Source: Paracoccaceae bacterium
GTDB lineage: Bacteria > Pseudomonadota > Alphaproteobacteria > Rhodobacterales > Rhodobacteraceae
DNA: 64,000 nt
Reading direction: 5' to 3'
NCBI GenBank assembly: GCA_965217135.1
Contig: OZ244249.1
Span: 3,496,167 to 3,560,166 of the forward strand
Positions 56,761 to 64,000 of the stretch are shown here, piece after piece. Position 1 is the stretch's first letter; every line of letters starts with the position of its first letter. The translations under genes and the position numbers were made by a program. Below the pieces are notes generated by a model. That model searched no databases. It had not been told where the DNA came from and saw only the letters and a program-made list of their open reading frames with translations.

Positions 56761-57387
56761 TCAGCCATTACGCTCTGCCGCCATGGCGGCGTTGGTCAAC
56801 GGTTCCCGTTCCCCCGGCCGGATCACGGCGGGGTCATAGGCCGGGCGGGCAAACACCTCCCGCACCATGGGCGCGAAAAACTCCAGCGGCAGATCATCGT
56901 AATCCGGATCGAAAGACGCCTGATCCCAACGTTCGCAGAACACCACGTTGTCGTCGAAATATGGATGCCCCTGATGGCGGTCTCGCTTGTTCTGATCAAA
57001 GCCTTCCAGATGTTGGCCGTAATAGATCATCTGGAAATCGCCATGCGTCTGCACGACCCAAGCGCATTGTTCGCGCACAAAGGGTTTGAGGATCGTGGCC
57101 GCGTATTCGTCGTGATTGTAGGGCGCGTATATGTCGCCGATATCGTGCAGCAGGGCCGACACAACCCAGTCGGTATCCGCCCCGTCCCGCCAGGCGCGGG
57201 TGGCCGACTGAACTGAATGACCCAGCCGTGTCACCTTGTAGCCTGACAGGCTTTCATCCAGCTCCACCAGCGCGGTCAGCAACCGGCCCGCGGTGCCCTT
57301 GGTATACTCGATCTCATGGGCCGTCAGGAATTCGTATTCTTCCTTCGTGCCATCCTTCATCTGGGTGAATGCCACTCGGTCCATCAT
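56761..57387 (-). CDS. HD-domain protein, PhnZ/TmpB-like (MIOX-type diiron oxygenase candidate)
   Basis: The ligand pattern H...HD...H...H...D is seen as 'RLGHSVQ', 'ALLHDIGD', 'YNHDEY', 'VQTHGDF' and 'ERWDQASFDPDY'. About 205 aa. The start overlaps the stop of the upstream dioxygenase. Confidence 0.6.
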   Translation of the reverse strand: MMDRVAFTQMKDGTKEEYEFLTAHEIEYTKGTAGRLLTALVELDESLSGYKVTRLGHSVQSATRAWRDGADTDWVVSALLHDIGDIYAPYNHDEYAATILKPFVREQCAWVVQTHGDFQMIYYGQHLEGFDQNKRDRHQGHPYFDDNVVFCERWDQASFDPDYDDLPLEFFAPMVREVFARPAYDPAVIRPGEREPLTNAAMAAERNG

Positions 57388-58274
57388 TTAACCTCGTATA
57401 TTCCTGCTGCAGAGCCGCCATCGGCCCCTTTCATCATGATCTGGGCCCGAGATTGCCGGATTTCATCATAAACAGCCAGCGAAGATGGCTCAAAATACCC
57501 CTGCGGCACGGCGACCTGAATAAAATTGCCCAACCGGTCCGCACCACGGGCGATCATTGCATAGTCGCGGTCCCCCACCTGCTGCAGCACGTCGGGACGG
57601 CAGAACCGTATCACGCAGCCGATGCGGCGGTCATCGCTGACATTCGGGCCAGAGCCATGCACCGTCAGCCCGTGATGCAGAGACATCTGGCCCGGCTGCA
57701 ATTCTATGGCGACCTTGTCTTCCTCTGCCACGTCCACCTGCACTTCCTGCCCGCGGCTCAACAGGTTGTCTTTTGCATAGGTATCCACATGCGGCAGGAT
57801 TTCATTCTTGTGCGTGCCGGCCACGAAATCCATACAACCGCTGGCGCGTGTTGCAGGGGACAGGGCGATCCACGCGGTCACCAATCCTTCGGTCGCGCCC
57901 AGCCCCCAATAGGTCAGGTCCTGATGCATGGACACGATATGCTCGGTCGCCGCCTCCTTTGTGAAAAATTCGCCTGCATAGATCAGGATGTCCGGCCCCA
58001 GCACGCCTTCGACCACGTCCAGCACGCGCGGGTTGGTGGCTATCCGGTAGACCAGCGGCATGACCGTGTGCGCGTTGATACGTTTGTAGGTGTTCAGGGG
58101 CAGTGGCAGACCGGCATCCAGCCAGTCTTCTTCCACCTGCTCGAACTCGGCCCGGGCGTCGGCGGCCTCCTCCAATGTCATCACGTCGATGGGGAAGATG
58201 AACCCGTCTTCCCAATATTGTCCGATCTGCGCGGCCGATAGGCGCCCTTCAGTAAGACTTTGCGCGTCCAGCAT
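57384..58274 (-). CDS. Phytanoyl-CoA-dioxygenase (PhyH) family Fe(II)/2-oxoglutarate oxygenase, PhnY*-like
   Basis: HxD facial-triad 'SMHQDLTYW', distal His 'LHHGLTVHGSGPN' and Arg 'DRRIGCVIRF'. 296 aa. Confidence 0.7.
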   Translation of the reverse strand: MLDAQSLTEGRLSAAQIGQYWEDGFIFPIDVMTLEEAADARAEFEQVEEDWLDAGLPLPLNTYKRINAHTVMPLVYRIATNPRVLDVVEGVLGPDILIYAGEFFTKEAATEHIVSMHQDLTYWGLGATEGLVTAWIALSPATRASGCMDFVAGTHKNEILPHVDTYAKDNLLSRGQEVQVDVAEEDKVAIELQPGQMSLHHGLTVHGSGPNVSDDRRIGCVIRFCRPDVLQQVGDRDYAMIARGADRLGNFIQVAVPQGYFEPSSLAVYDEIRQSRAQIMMKGADGGSAAGIYEVK

Positions 58275-58602
58275 GGCTCCTCCTCCATTGGCTGTGGCGA
58301 CGATACTCCATTCCGGACCAAAGCCAATACGGCGTCCCGTGTGGCCAAGGGTGAGTTTTGATCAGCCTGCATTACGTCCACGCGCACCCCATCGTTGATC
58401 CGGCTCCGTATGTTCGAACCCCCGGCGCGCACCGAAAGCTTTGCGCGGGCGGCAACACCCCCGCTCTGGCGATGCGCGGTGCTGGGCGGCGCCGATGTCT
58501 CGATGGGTTTTCGATACCCGGTCAGCTACATTACCGCCTTGTCTACAGGTCGCTGTCCAGCCTCCGCCCGACGGCCCACACGTTTCGTGGTTGGTTACTG
58601 GA

Positions 58603-59052
58603 TCAACTTGGCTGACTCAGACGGTCGATCTTGGTGCTCAGGTGGATCAGGCTTTCGGAGGACCGCACGCCTTTGATCTCTCCGATCCGGTCCAGGGTGC
58701 CGTCCAGTTCCTCGGTCGTGTCGGCAAACAGTTGCACCAGAAGGTCAAACCGCCCCGACGTGGTGTGCACCACCTCCACAGCTGACAATGCCCGCAGCCG
58801 GTCCAATACCTGTGGCCCGGTGCGCGGTTCAAACGTAAGCAAGGCTGTAGCGCGCAACGGCGGACGCAGCGCCGCGCCAGGTTTGAGCGTGTAGCCTGCA
58901 ATCACTCCGCCACGCTCCAACCTTTCAATTCGCGCCTGAACGGTGGTCCGTGCGAGGTTCAACTGCCGTGCCAGATCAGCTACGGAAAACCGCGCGTTTT
59001 CACGCAGCAAGGTCAGCATCTGACGGTCGATTTCGTCAATCTGTAGCTTCAT
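58603..59052 (-). CDS. Lrp/AsnC family transcriptional regulator
   Basis: 'IDRQMLTLLRENARFSVADLARQLNLARTTVQARIERLERGGVIAGYT' plus an RAM-like C-domain. Confidence 0.9.
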   Translation of the reverse strand: MKLQIDEIDRQMLTLLRENARFSVADLARQLNLARTTVQARIERLERGGVIAGYTLKPGAALRPPLRATALLTFEPRTGPQVLDRLRALSAVEVVHTTSGRFDLLVQLFADTTEELDGTLDRIGEIKGVRSSESLIHLSTKIDRLSQPS

Positions 59053-59152
59053 ATTGGCATTTTGCCGAAAATTTCCGGCAAATCAAAAGAAATTACACAT
59101 GATTGTGCAACGCCTACCGCCGATCTTACTTTCAACCAAGTACAGGTGTGCC

Positions 59153-60292
59153 ATGCAATCTCAATCCGTTATCTGGGCTTCGCCCGTCTCCCATCTTGTC
59201 AAATCACAGCCTGACCAGCCCGTGCTATTCCTATCGCCCAGCACGTTGCAGGCCACAGCACAAGCCTTCCAAATCAGGTTTCCCGGTCTGGTCACTTACG
59301 CGGTCAAGGCAAACCCGCACCCCACCGTTCTGGACAATCTGGTCGCCGCCGGTCTTACCGCTTTCGATGTCGCCTCACCCCCTGAAATGCAGGCTGTGCG
59401 CGCCGCCTGCCCAACCGCCGCGCTGCATTACAACAACCCCGTTCGGTCGGAGGCAGAGATTGCCGCAGGTCAAGCCTTCGACGTCACCAGTTGGTCCGTC
59501 GAAGGGGCAGACGAATTGAACAAACTCCGCCACATCGCACGAAACAGCGAAATCGCCGTGCGGTTCAAACTGCCAGTACCCGGCGCAGCCTATGACTTTG
59601 GCGAAAAGTTTGGGGCCACCCCGGAAATCGCCGCAGGATTGCTGCGGGAAGTCGCGGCACGCGGTCACACCCCGGCGCTGACTTTCCACCCTGGCACCCA
59701 ATGTGAAGACGCCCGCGCCTGGGCCATCTATATCGAAGAAGCCGCCCGGATTGCGGACACCGCCGGTGTTCGAATCGCACGGTTGAACGTTGGAGGTGGG
59801 TTTCCAGCGGATCGTGGGCTGGCACCCGTGGATCTGCAGGAGATGTTCGATACCATAGGCGCGGCAAGCCGCCGCGCCTTTGCACGCAACATGCCGGAAC
59901 TGGTCTGCGAACCCGGCCGCGCGATGGTCAGCGATGCATTCACGCTCGCCACGCGGGTCAAGGCGGTGCGGTCGGGTGGTACTGTGTTCCTGAACGACGG
60001 CATCTATGGCGGCCTGTCCGACCTGCGCGACACTGGGTTGAACCTGCGGGTCCGGTTTATATCCGCAGACGGCACTCCCCGCACTGGATTACCGCAGGCA
60101 CGGCCCGTCTTTGGTCCGACCTGCGACAGCCTGGACCGTTTACCGGATGGGCTCGCCCTGCCCGATGATCTGGCCGAAGGTGATTACGTTCTTTTTGATG
60201 GCATGGGTGCTTATTCGCTGAGCCTCAGTACCGGCTTTAACGGTTACGGCATTCACGACATTGAAACGGTCCTGCGGCTCTCTGGACATTGA
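59153..60292 (+). CDS. Type III PLP-dependent decarboxylase (ornithine/lysine decarboxylase-like)
   Basis: PLP-lysine motif 'TYAVKANPHP', 'LNVGGGF' and 'GPTCDSLD'. Start chosen at 'MQSQSVIW' (59153). It is divergent from the Lrp regulator. Confidence 0.8.
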   Translation: MQSQSVIWASPVSHLVKSQPDQPVLFLSPSTLQATAQAFQIRFPGLVTYAVKANPHPTVLDNLVAAGLTAFDVASPPEMQAVRAACPTAALHYNNPVRSEAEIAAGQAFDVTSWSVEGADELNKLRHIARNSEIAVRFKLPVPGAAYDFGEKFGATPEIAAGLLREVAARGHTPALTFHPGTQCEDARAWAIYIEEAARIADTAGVRIARLNVGGGFPADRGLAPVDLQEMFDTIGAASRRAFARNMPELVCEPGRAMVSDAFTLATRVKAVRSGGTVFLNDGIYGGLSDLRDTGLNLRVRFISADGTPRTGLPQARPVFGPTCDSLDRLPDGLALPDDLAEGDYVLFDGMGAYSLSLSTGFNGYGIHDIETVLRLSGH

Positions 60293-60340
60293 CGCGTCAG
60301 AAGCTAACTTCCGCCCAAAGGGTTCTTTGAAGAGGCGATC

Positions 60341-62638
60341 ATGGACAAGTTCGGGAAAAGCCAACCGGTTACGCGGTTTGAAGACATTCGCCTGCTGACA
60401 GGCCACGGCAATTATATTGACGACAGCACGCCGGAAGGTGCGCTCTACGCTTACGTATTCCGTAGCCAGGTTGCCCACGGCAAGATCGTGGAATTGGATG
60501 TAGAAGACGCACGTGCCGCCGAGGGTGTGCATCTGGTGGTGACCTGCGCGGATCTGCAAGCCAGCGGCATGACCTGTATCATGGATGGTACGGTTGTCGA
60601 CAATCGCGACGGGTCCAAAGGCGCCGCGCCGGAACGTCCGATTCTGGCGCGTGGCAAAGTCCGATTTGTGGGAGAACCCGTGGCAGTGGTCGTTGCAGAG
60701 ACGCTGGAACAGGCCAAGGATGCCGCCGAACTCATCGTGCTGGAAACCGAGGACCTGCCCGCCAAGCTGGATCTGACCACCGGTGGCGAAACGCTGCACG
60801 AAGAAGCGCCCGACAATCAGGCCTTTGACTGGGCCCTGGGCGACGAAGCTGCCTCTGACGCGGCTTTTGCTGCCGCAAACCGCACCGTGAGCGTTAATAT
60901 CGTAGACAACCGCGTGATCGTGAACTCCATGGAGCCGCGCGGCTGTTTTGCAGAATGGGATGGTACCCGTCTGCACCTGTCCTATTCCGGGCAGGGCGTC
61001 TGGGGCCTGAAAGCACAATTGGTCGACAAGTTCGGACTGGCGGCCGAAAACGTGCGGGTCACAACACCCGATGTCGGCGGCGGTTTCGGAATGAAGGCAT
61101 TTCCCTACCCGGAATACTTTGTTGTCTGCCATGCGGCGCGCGCGTTGGGACAACCTGTGCGCTGGACGTCCGACCGTGGCGAAGCAATGATGAGCGACCA
61201 CCACGGGCGTGATCTGGTCACGCTGGCGGAAATGGCTTTTGACGAGACCAACAAGATCACCGCCTACCGCGTCCACAACCGCATGAACATGGGCGCCTAC
61301 AACAGCCATTTCGGCCAGGCGATCCAGACCATGCTGTTTTCCCGGGTCGTGATGGGCGTCTACGATGTCCAGAACGTCTATATGCGGACCGAGGGGTTCT
61401 ATACCAACACGACGCAGGTAGACGCCTATCGCGGGGCAGGACGGCCCGAGGCGATTTTTGTGCTGGAATGCGCCATCGACCGCGCCGCGCGAGAACTGGG
61501 CGTGGACGGCTGGGATCTGCGCCGCCGCAACTTCATTGCACCGGAGAGCTTTCCTTACACCTCTGCCACCGGCGAAACCTATGACGTGGGAGAGTTCGAC
61601 CGCGTGCTGACCCGCGCCGGAGAAGAGGCGGACATCGCGGGCTATGCCGCGCGCAAGGCGTCGGACGCAGCCAAGGGCCTGCTGCGAGGTCAGGGGCTGT
61701 GTTACTACATCGAATCAATCCTGGGCGACCCGTCCGAAGGCGCCAAGGTGGAGTTCAACGAAGACGGCACCGCATCGATCTACGTTGGCACGCAATCCAA
61801 CGGCCAGGGCCACGAAACGGTCTATGTACAGTTCCTGTCGGATCAGACCGGTATCCCGGTCGAAATGATCAGCGTTGTTCAGGGCGATAGCGACCGGATC
61901 GAACAGGGCGGCGGTACGGGAGGGTCCCGGTCGGTGACCAACCAGACCAACGCGACGCTGGCCACCGTGGATAAGATGATCCAGGCCTTCACACCGTATC
62001 TAGCCGAAAAGATGGGGGTCGACGAAAGCGATCTGACCTTCGATGACGAAACCTTCCGCGCTCCGGGCTCGAACCTGACGCCGTCCTTCCTGCAGGCTGC
62101 CGCCATGGCGCGGGCAGATGGCCGGACCGACTTGCTGGTGCATGAAGCCCGCGCGACGCTGCCGGGCCGCAGCTATCCCAATGGCGCGCATGTTGCCGAA
62201 GTGGTGGTGGACCCGGAAACCGGCCAGGCAGTGCTGGACCGCTATACCGTGGTGGATGACTTCGGAAACCTCATCAACCCGATGCTGGCCGAAGGCCAGG
62301 TCCATGGCGGCGTTGTGCAAGGGGTCGGTCAGGCCCTGACCGAACATGTTGGCTACGACGATGAAGGCCAACTGCTCACGGCATCTTTCATGGATTACGC
62401 CTTGCCGCGCGCCGCTGACATCCCAAATATCGGTTTCACGCCTGAACCGGTGCCGTCCACCGCCAACCCGATGGGGATGAAAGGCTGCGGCGAGGCTGGT
62501 ACAGTCGGCGCAATGGCGGCCATGGCAAACGCCGTCACCGATGCATTATGGGATCGCGGCGTGCGTCAGGCTGATATGCCTTACACGCCGCTCCGGATCT
62601 GGGAATTTCTGAAGGATGCCCCTGTCGCGGCTGAGTAA
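60341..62638 (+). CDS. Xanthine-dehydrogenase-family molybdopterin-binding subunit (form-II CoxL-like)
   Basis: 765 aa. 'VDAYRGAGRPEA' matches the AYRGAGR signature of form-II CoxL homologues. An N-terminal a/b-hammerhead-like segment is present. Confidence 0.85.
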   Translation: MDKFGKSQPVTRFEDIRLLTGHGNYIDDSTPEGALYAYVFRSQVAHGKIVELDVEDARAAEGVHLVVTCADLQASGMTCIMDGTVVDNRDGSKGAAPERPILARGKVRFVGEPVAVVVAETLEQAKDAAELIVLETEDLPAKLDLTTGGETLHEEAPDNQAFDWALGDEAASDAAFAAANRTVSVNIVDNRVIVNSMEPRGCFAEWDGTRLHLSYSGQGVWGLKAQLVDKFGLAAENVRVTTPDVGGGFGMKAFPYPEYFVVCHAARALGQPVRWTSDRGEAMMSDHHGRDLVTLAEMAFDETNKITAYRVHNRMNMGAYNSHFGQAIQTMLFSRVVMGVYDVQNVYMRTEGFYTNTTQVDAYRGAGRPEAIFVLECAIDRAARELGVDGWDLRRRNFIAPESFPYTSATGETYDVGEFDRVLTRAGEEADIAGYAARKASDAAKGLLRGQGLCYYIESILGDPSEGAKVEFNEDGTASIYVGTQSNGQGHETVYVQFLSDQTGIPVEMISVVQGDSDRIEQGGGTGGSRSVTNQTNATLATVDKMIQAFTPYLAEKMGVDESDLTFDDETFRAPGSNLTPSFLQAAAMARADGRTDLLVHEARATLPGRSYPNGAHVAEVVVDPETGQAVLDRYTVVDDFGNLINPMLAEGQVHGGVVQGVGQALTEHVGYDDEGQLLTASFMDYALPRAADIPNIGFTPEPVPSTANPMGMKGCGEAGTVGAMAAMANAVTDALWDRGVRQADMPYTPLRIWEFLKDAPVAAE

Positions 62639-63689
62639 CCGGCTTTTTCGATGGCTCGGAGCGCCGTTTAGCTCCGAGCATTCCGCAGAAGCCAAACCAC
62701 GCGGGCCGCAGACCCATGTCATCATCCTGGACGGCACCATGTCGTCCTTGGAACGTGGGCGTGAAACCCATGCCGGGGTGCTGTACAGGCTCTGCACCGA
62801 AATGCGCCCGCAGGTGTCGGTTTTCTACGAAGCAGGCGTTCAGTGGAAAAACTGGCGGGCGACACCTGATGTGCTGATGGGCCGGGGCATCAACCGGCAG
62901 ATCCGCCGGGCCTATGGCTATCTCGCCTCGCGTTACCGTCCAGGGGACCGCATATTCCTGATCGGCTATTCCCGTGGTGCCTATGCGGTGCGGTCGCTGG
63001 CCGGGGTGATCGACCTGGTAGGGCTGCTGCGGGCAGACCACGCAAGCACCCGCAACATTCGCACCGCCTATCGCCACTATCAGCTGTCACCACATACGCC
63101 TGCAGCGCGGGTGTTTCGCGACACCTATTGTCACCCGGACACACCGATTGAGATGGTTGGCGTTTGGGATACGGTCAAGGCGCTGGGGCTGCGTCTGCCC
63201 TTGCTTTGGACCATCGCCGAGGCGCGCCATGCATTCCACAATCACCGACTGGGCCGAACCATCCGGAACGGGTATCACGCGCTGGCCCTGCATGAAACGC
63301 GCGCAGTATATTCCCCGGTGATGTGGGAAGACCGGGATGATTTCCCCGGCCATGTCGAACAAGTCTGGTTTCGTGGCACCCATGGCGATGTGGGCGGGCA
63401 ACTCAGCGGGTTCGAGGCGGCAAAGCCGTTGGCAAACTTTTCGCTGGTCTGGATGCTGGAGAAAGCCGCACACCATAACATGCCCTTGCCCGACAACTGG
63501 CGCGCGCGGTTTTTCACCGACATCAAAGCTCCATCAACCGGAACGTGGCGCGGCTGGGCAAAGATCTTCGTCATCCGGCATCACCGGTCGGTGGGCCGCT
63601 ATATGTCTGAAAGTCTGCATCCCTCCGCGCAGAACGAACACGCAGGTCTTTCCGGCACCCTGCCGGTGGCAAACTTGAACAGCAGTTAG
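62616..63689 (+). CDS. DUF2235 (Tle1-like alpha/beta hydrolase) domain protein
   Basis: 'THVIILDGTMSS...GDRIFLIGYSRGAYAVRSLAGVI...WDTVKALG...FRGTHGDVGG' are the DUF2235 blocks, including the GxSxG nucleophile elbow. The start overlaps the CoxL-like gene by 23 nt. Confidence 0.75.
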   Translation: MPLSRLSNRLFRWLGAPFSSEHSAEAKPRGPQTHVIILDGTMSSLERGRETHAGVLYRLCTEMRPQVSVFYEAGVQWKNWRATPDVLMGRGINRQIRRAYGYLASRYRPGDRIFLIGYSRGAYAVRSLAGVIDLVGLLRADHASTRNIRTAYRHYQLSPHTPAARVFRDTYCHPDTPIEMVGVWDTVKALGLRLPLLWTIAEARHAFHNHRLGRTIRNGYHALALHETRAVYSPVMWEDRDDFPGHVEQVWFRGTHGDVGGQLSGFEAAKPLANFSLVWMLEKAAHHNMPLPDNWRARFFTDIKAPSTGTWRGWAKIFVIRHHRSVGRYMSESLHPSAQNEHAGLSGTLPVANLNSS

Positions 63690-64000
63690 CCCTTAGGCGT
63701 CATGACCAAACATGTGGTCGACCCGCTGGCATAGAGCTTCCCGTCTTCCACACCCCGGATTTCCCCTGTTGCAACTGCGGTGGAACGACCGCTGTGCACC
63801 GTGTCGCCCACACACTCAATTTCTGTCCCGATCGGAATGCCCCGGACCAAATTTACCTTGTATTCCAAGGTAGTATAGGCTTGACCCGGCGCTAAAGTTG
63901 TCTGGATAGAACAGGCCATAGCGCTGTCCAGCAAAGTGCCGTACCAACCACCATGCACCGACCCGATGGGGTTCATCGCCTTGAATTCCGGCGTCCCGCG
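63686..64000 (-). CDS. PaaI/hotdog-fold thioesterase (N-terminus outside window)
   Basis: 'NPIGSVHGGWYGTLLDSAMACS...TVHSGRSTAVATGEI' is the PaaI-family pattern. The frame is open to the window edge. Confidence 0.7.
   Translation of the reverse strand, partial: RGTPEFKAMNPIGSVHGGWYGTLLDSAMACSIQTTLAPGQAYTTLEYKVNLVRGIPIGTEIECVGDTVHSGRSTAVATGEIRGVEDGKLYASGSTTCLVMTPKG

Noticed and set aside
1-64000. CRISPR arrays, rRNA operons, intact IS elements, integrases, toxin-antitoxin or known defence-system genes
   Set aside because: I looked for regularly spaced direct repeats, rRNA/tRNA signatures, transposase/integrase motifs and typical defence-gene architectures on both strands. None was found beyond the degenerate HTH relic at about 12540-12720.

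Overview
This is a 64-kb chromosomal segment of about 60% GC. Its gene content looks like a marine Rhodobacteraceae (Roseobacter-group) alphaproteobacterium: class-I LysRS, an RcGTA-type head-spike gene pair, and DUF4864/DUF4389/DUF3592 neighbours. That taxon call is inference. Coding density is high, with many 1-4 nt start/stop overlaps (ATGA, TGATG) that mark operons.

Content from left to right:
- A PotABC-type ABC importer (5' partial) and a TetR regulator.
- An 8-gene minus-strand operon. It joins a split Rieske oxygenase, a GST and a guanine-deaminase-superfamily amidohydrolase to a BMP-family (nucleoside/purine-type) ABC importer.
- A gene-poor, lower-GC gap of about 1.1 kb containing relic fragments.
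- A GntR regulator divergent from an ABC importer plus an Asp/Glu/hydantoin racemase.
- A gum-like acidic exopolysaccharide locus: GumK-like GT, GT4, sulfotransferase, MOP flippase, acyltransferase-3 and UDP-GlcA 4-epimerase. The sulfotransferase carries two in-frame stops and the acyltransferase is 5'-truncated.
- Directly adjacent, an RcGTA head-spike-like pair (89-aa spike base plus a 451-aa beta-helix fibre).
- A crotonase, a sulfatase/phosphonate-monoester-hydrolase-like enzyme and a UPF0261 protein.
- A frameshifted CBM plus pectate-lyase-fold tailspike/depolymerase-like gene.
- A housekeeping block: lysK, terB-like, dacB, nadD, ettA.
- A 1.25-kb stretch with no credible CDS. It holds DnaA-box-like sites, long inverted repeats and a strong terminator.
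- A DMT transporter, a prpE-like CoA ligase co-transcribed with a class II HMG-CoA reductase homologue (preceded by repeated TTTGCAAA boxes), and maeB.
- A cupin-cdd-deoA-deoB nucleoside operon, valS and a DUF3592 protein.
- A translationally coupled PhyH-type 2OG dioxygenase plus HD-domain protein, which resembles the PhnY*/PhnZ or TmpA/TmpB oxidative C-P cleavage pairs.
- An Lrp regulator with an ornithine-decarboxylase-like enzyme, an orphan form-II CoxL-like molybdoenzyme subunit, a DUF2235/Tle1-like hydrolase and a partial PaaI thioesterase.

I saw no rRNA genes, convincing tRNA genes, CRISPR arrays or intact mobile elements. All homology statements come from motif recognition by eye. No database search or alignment was run.
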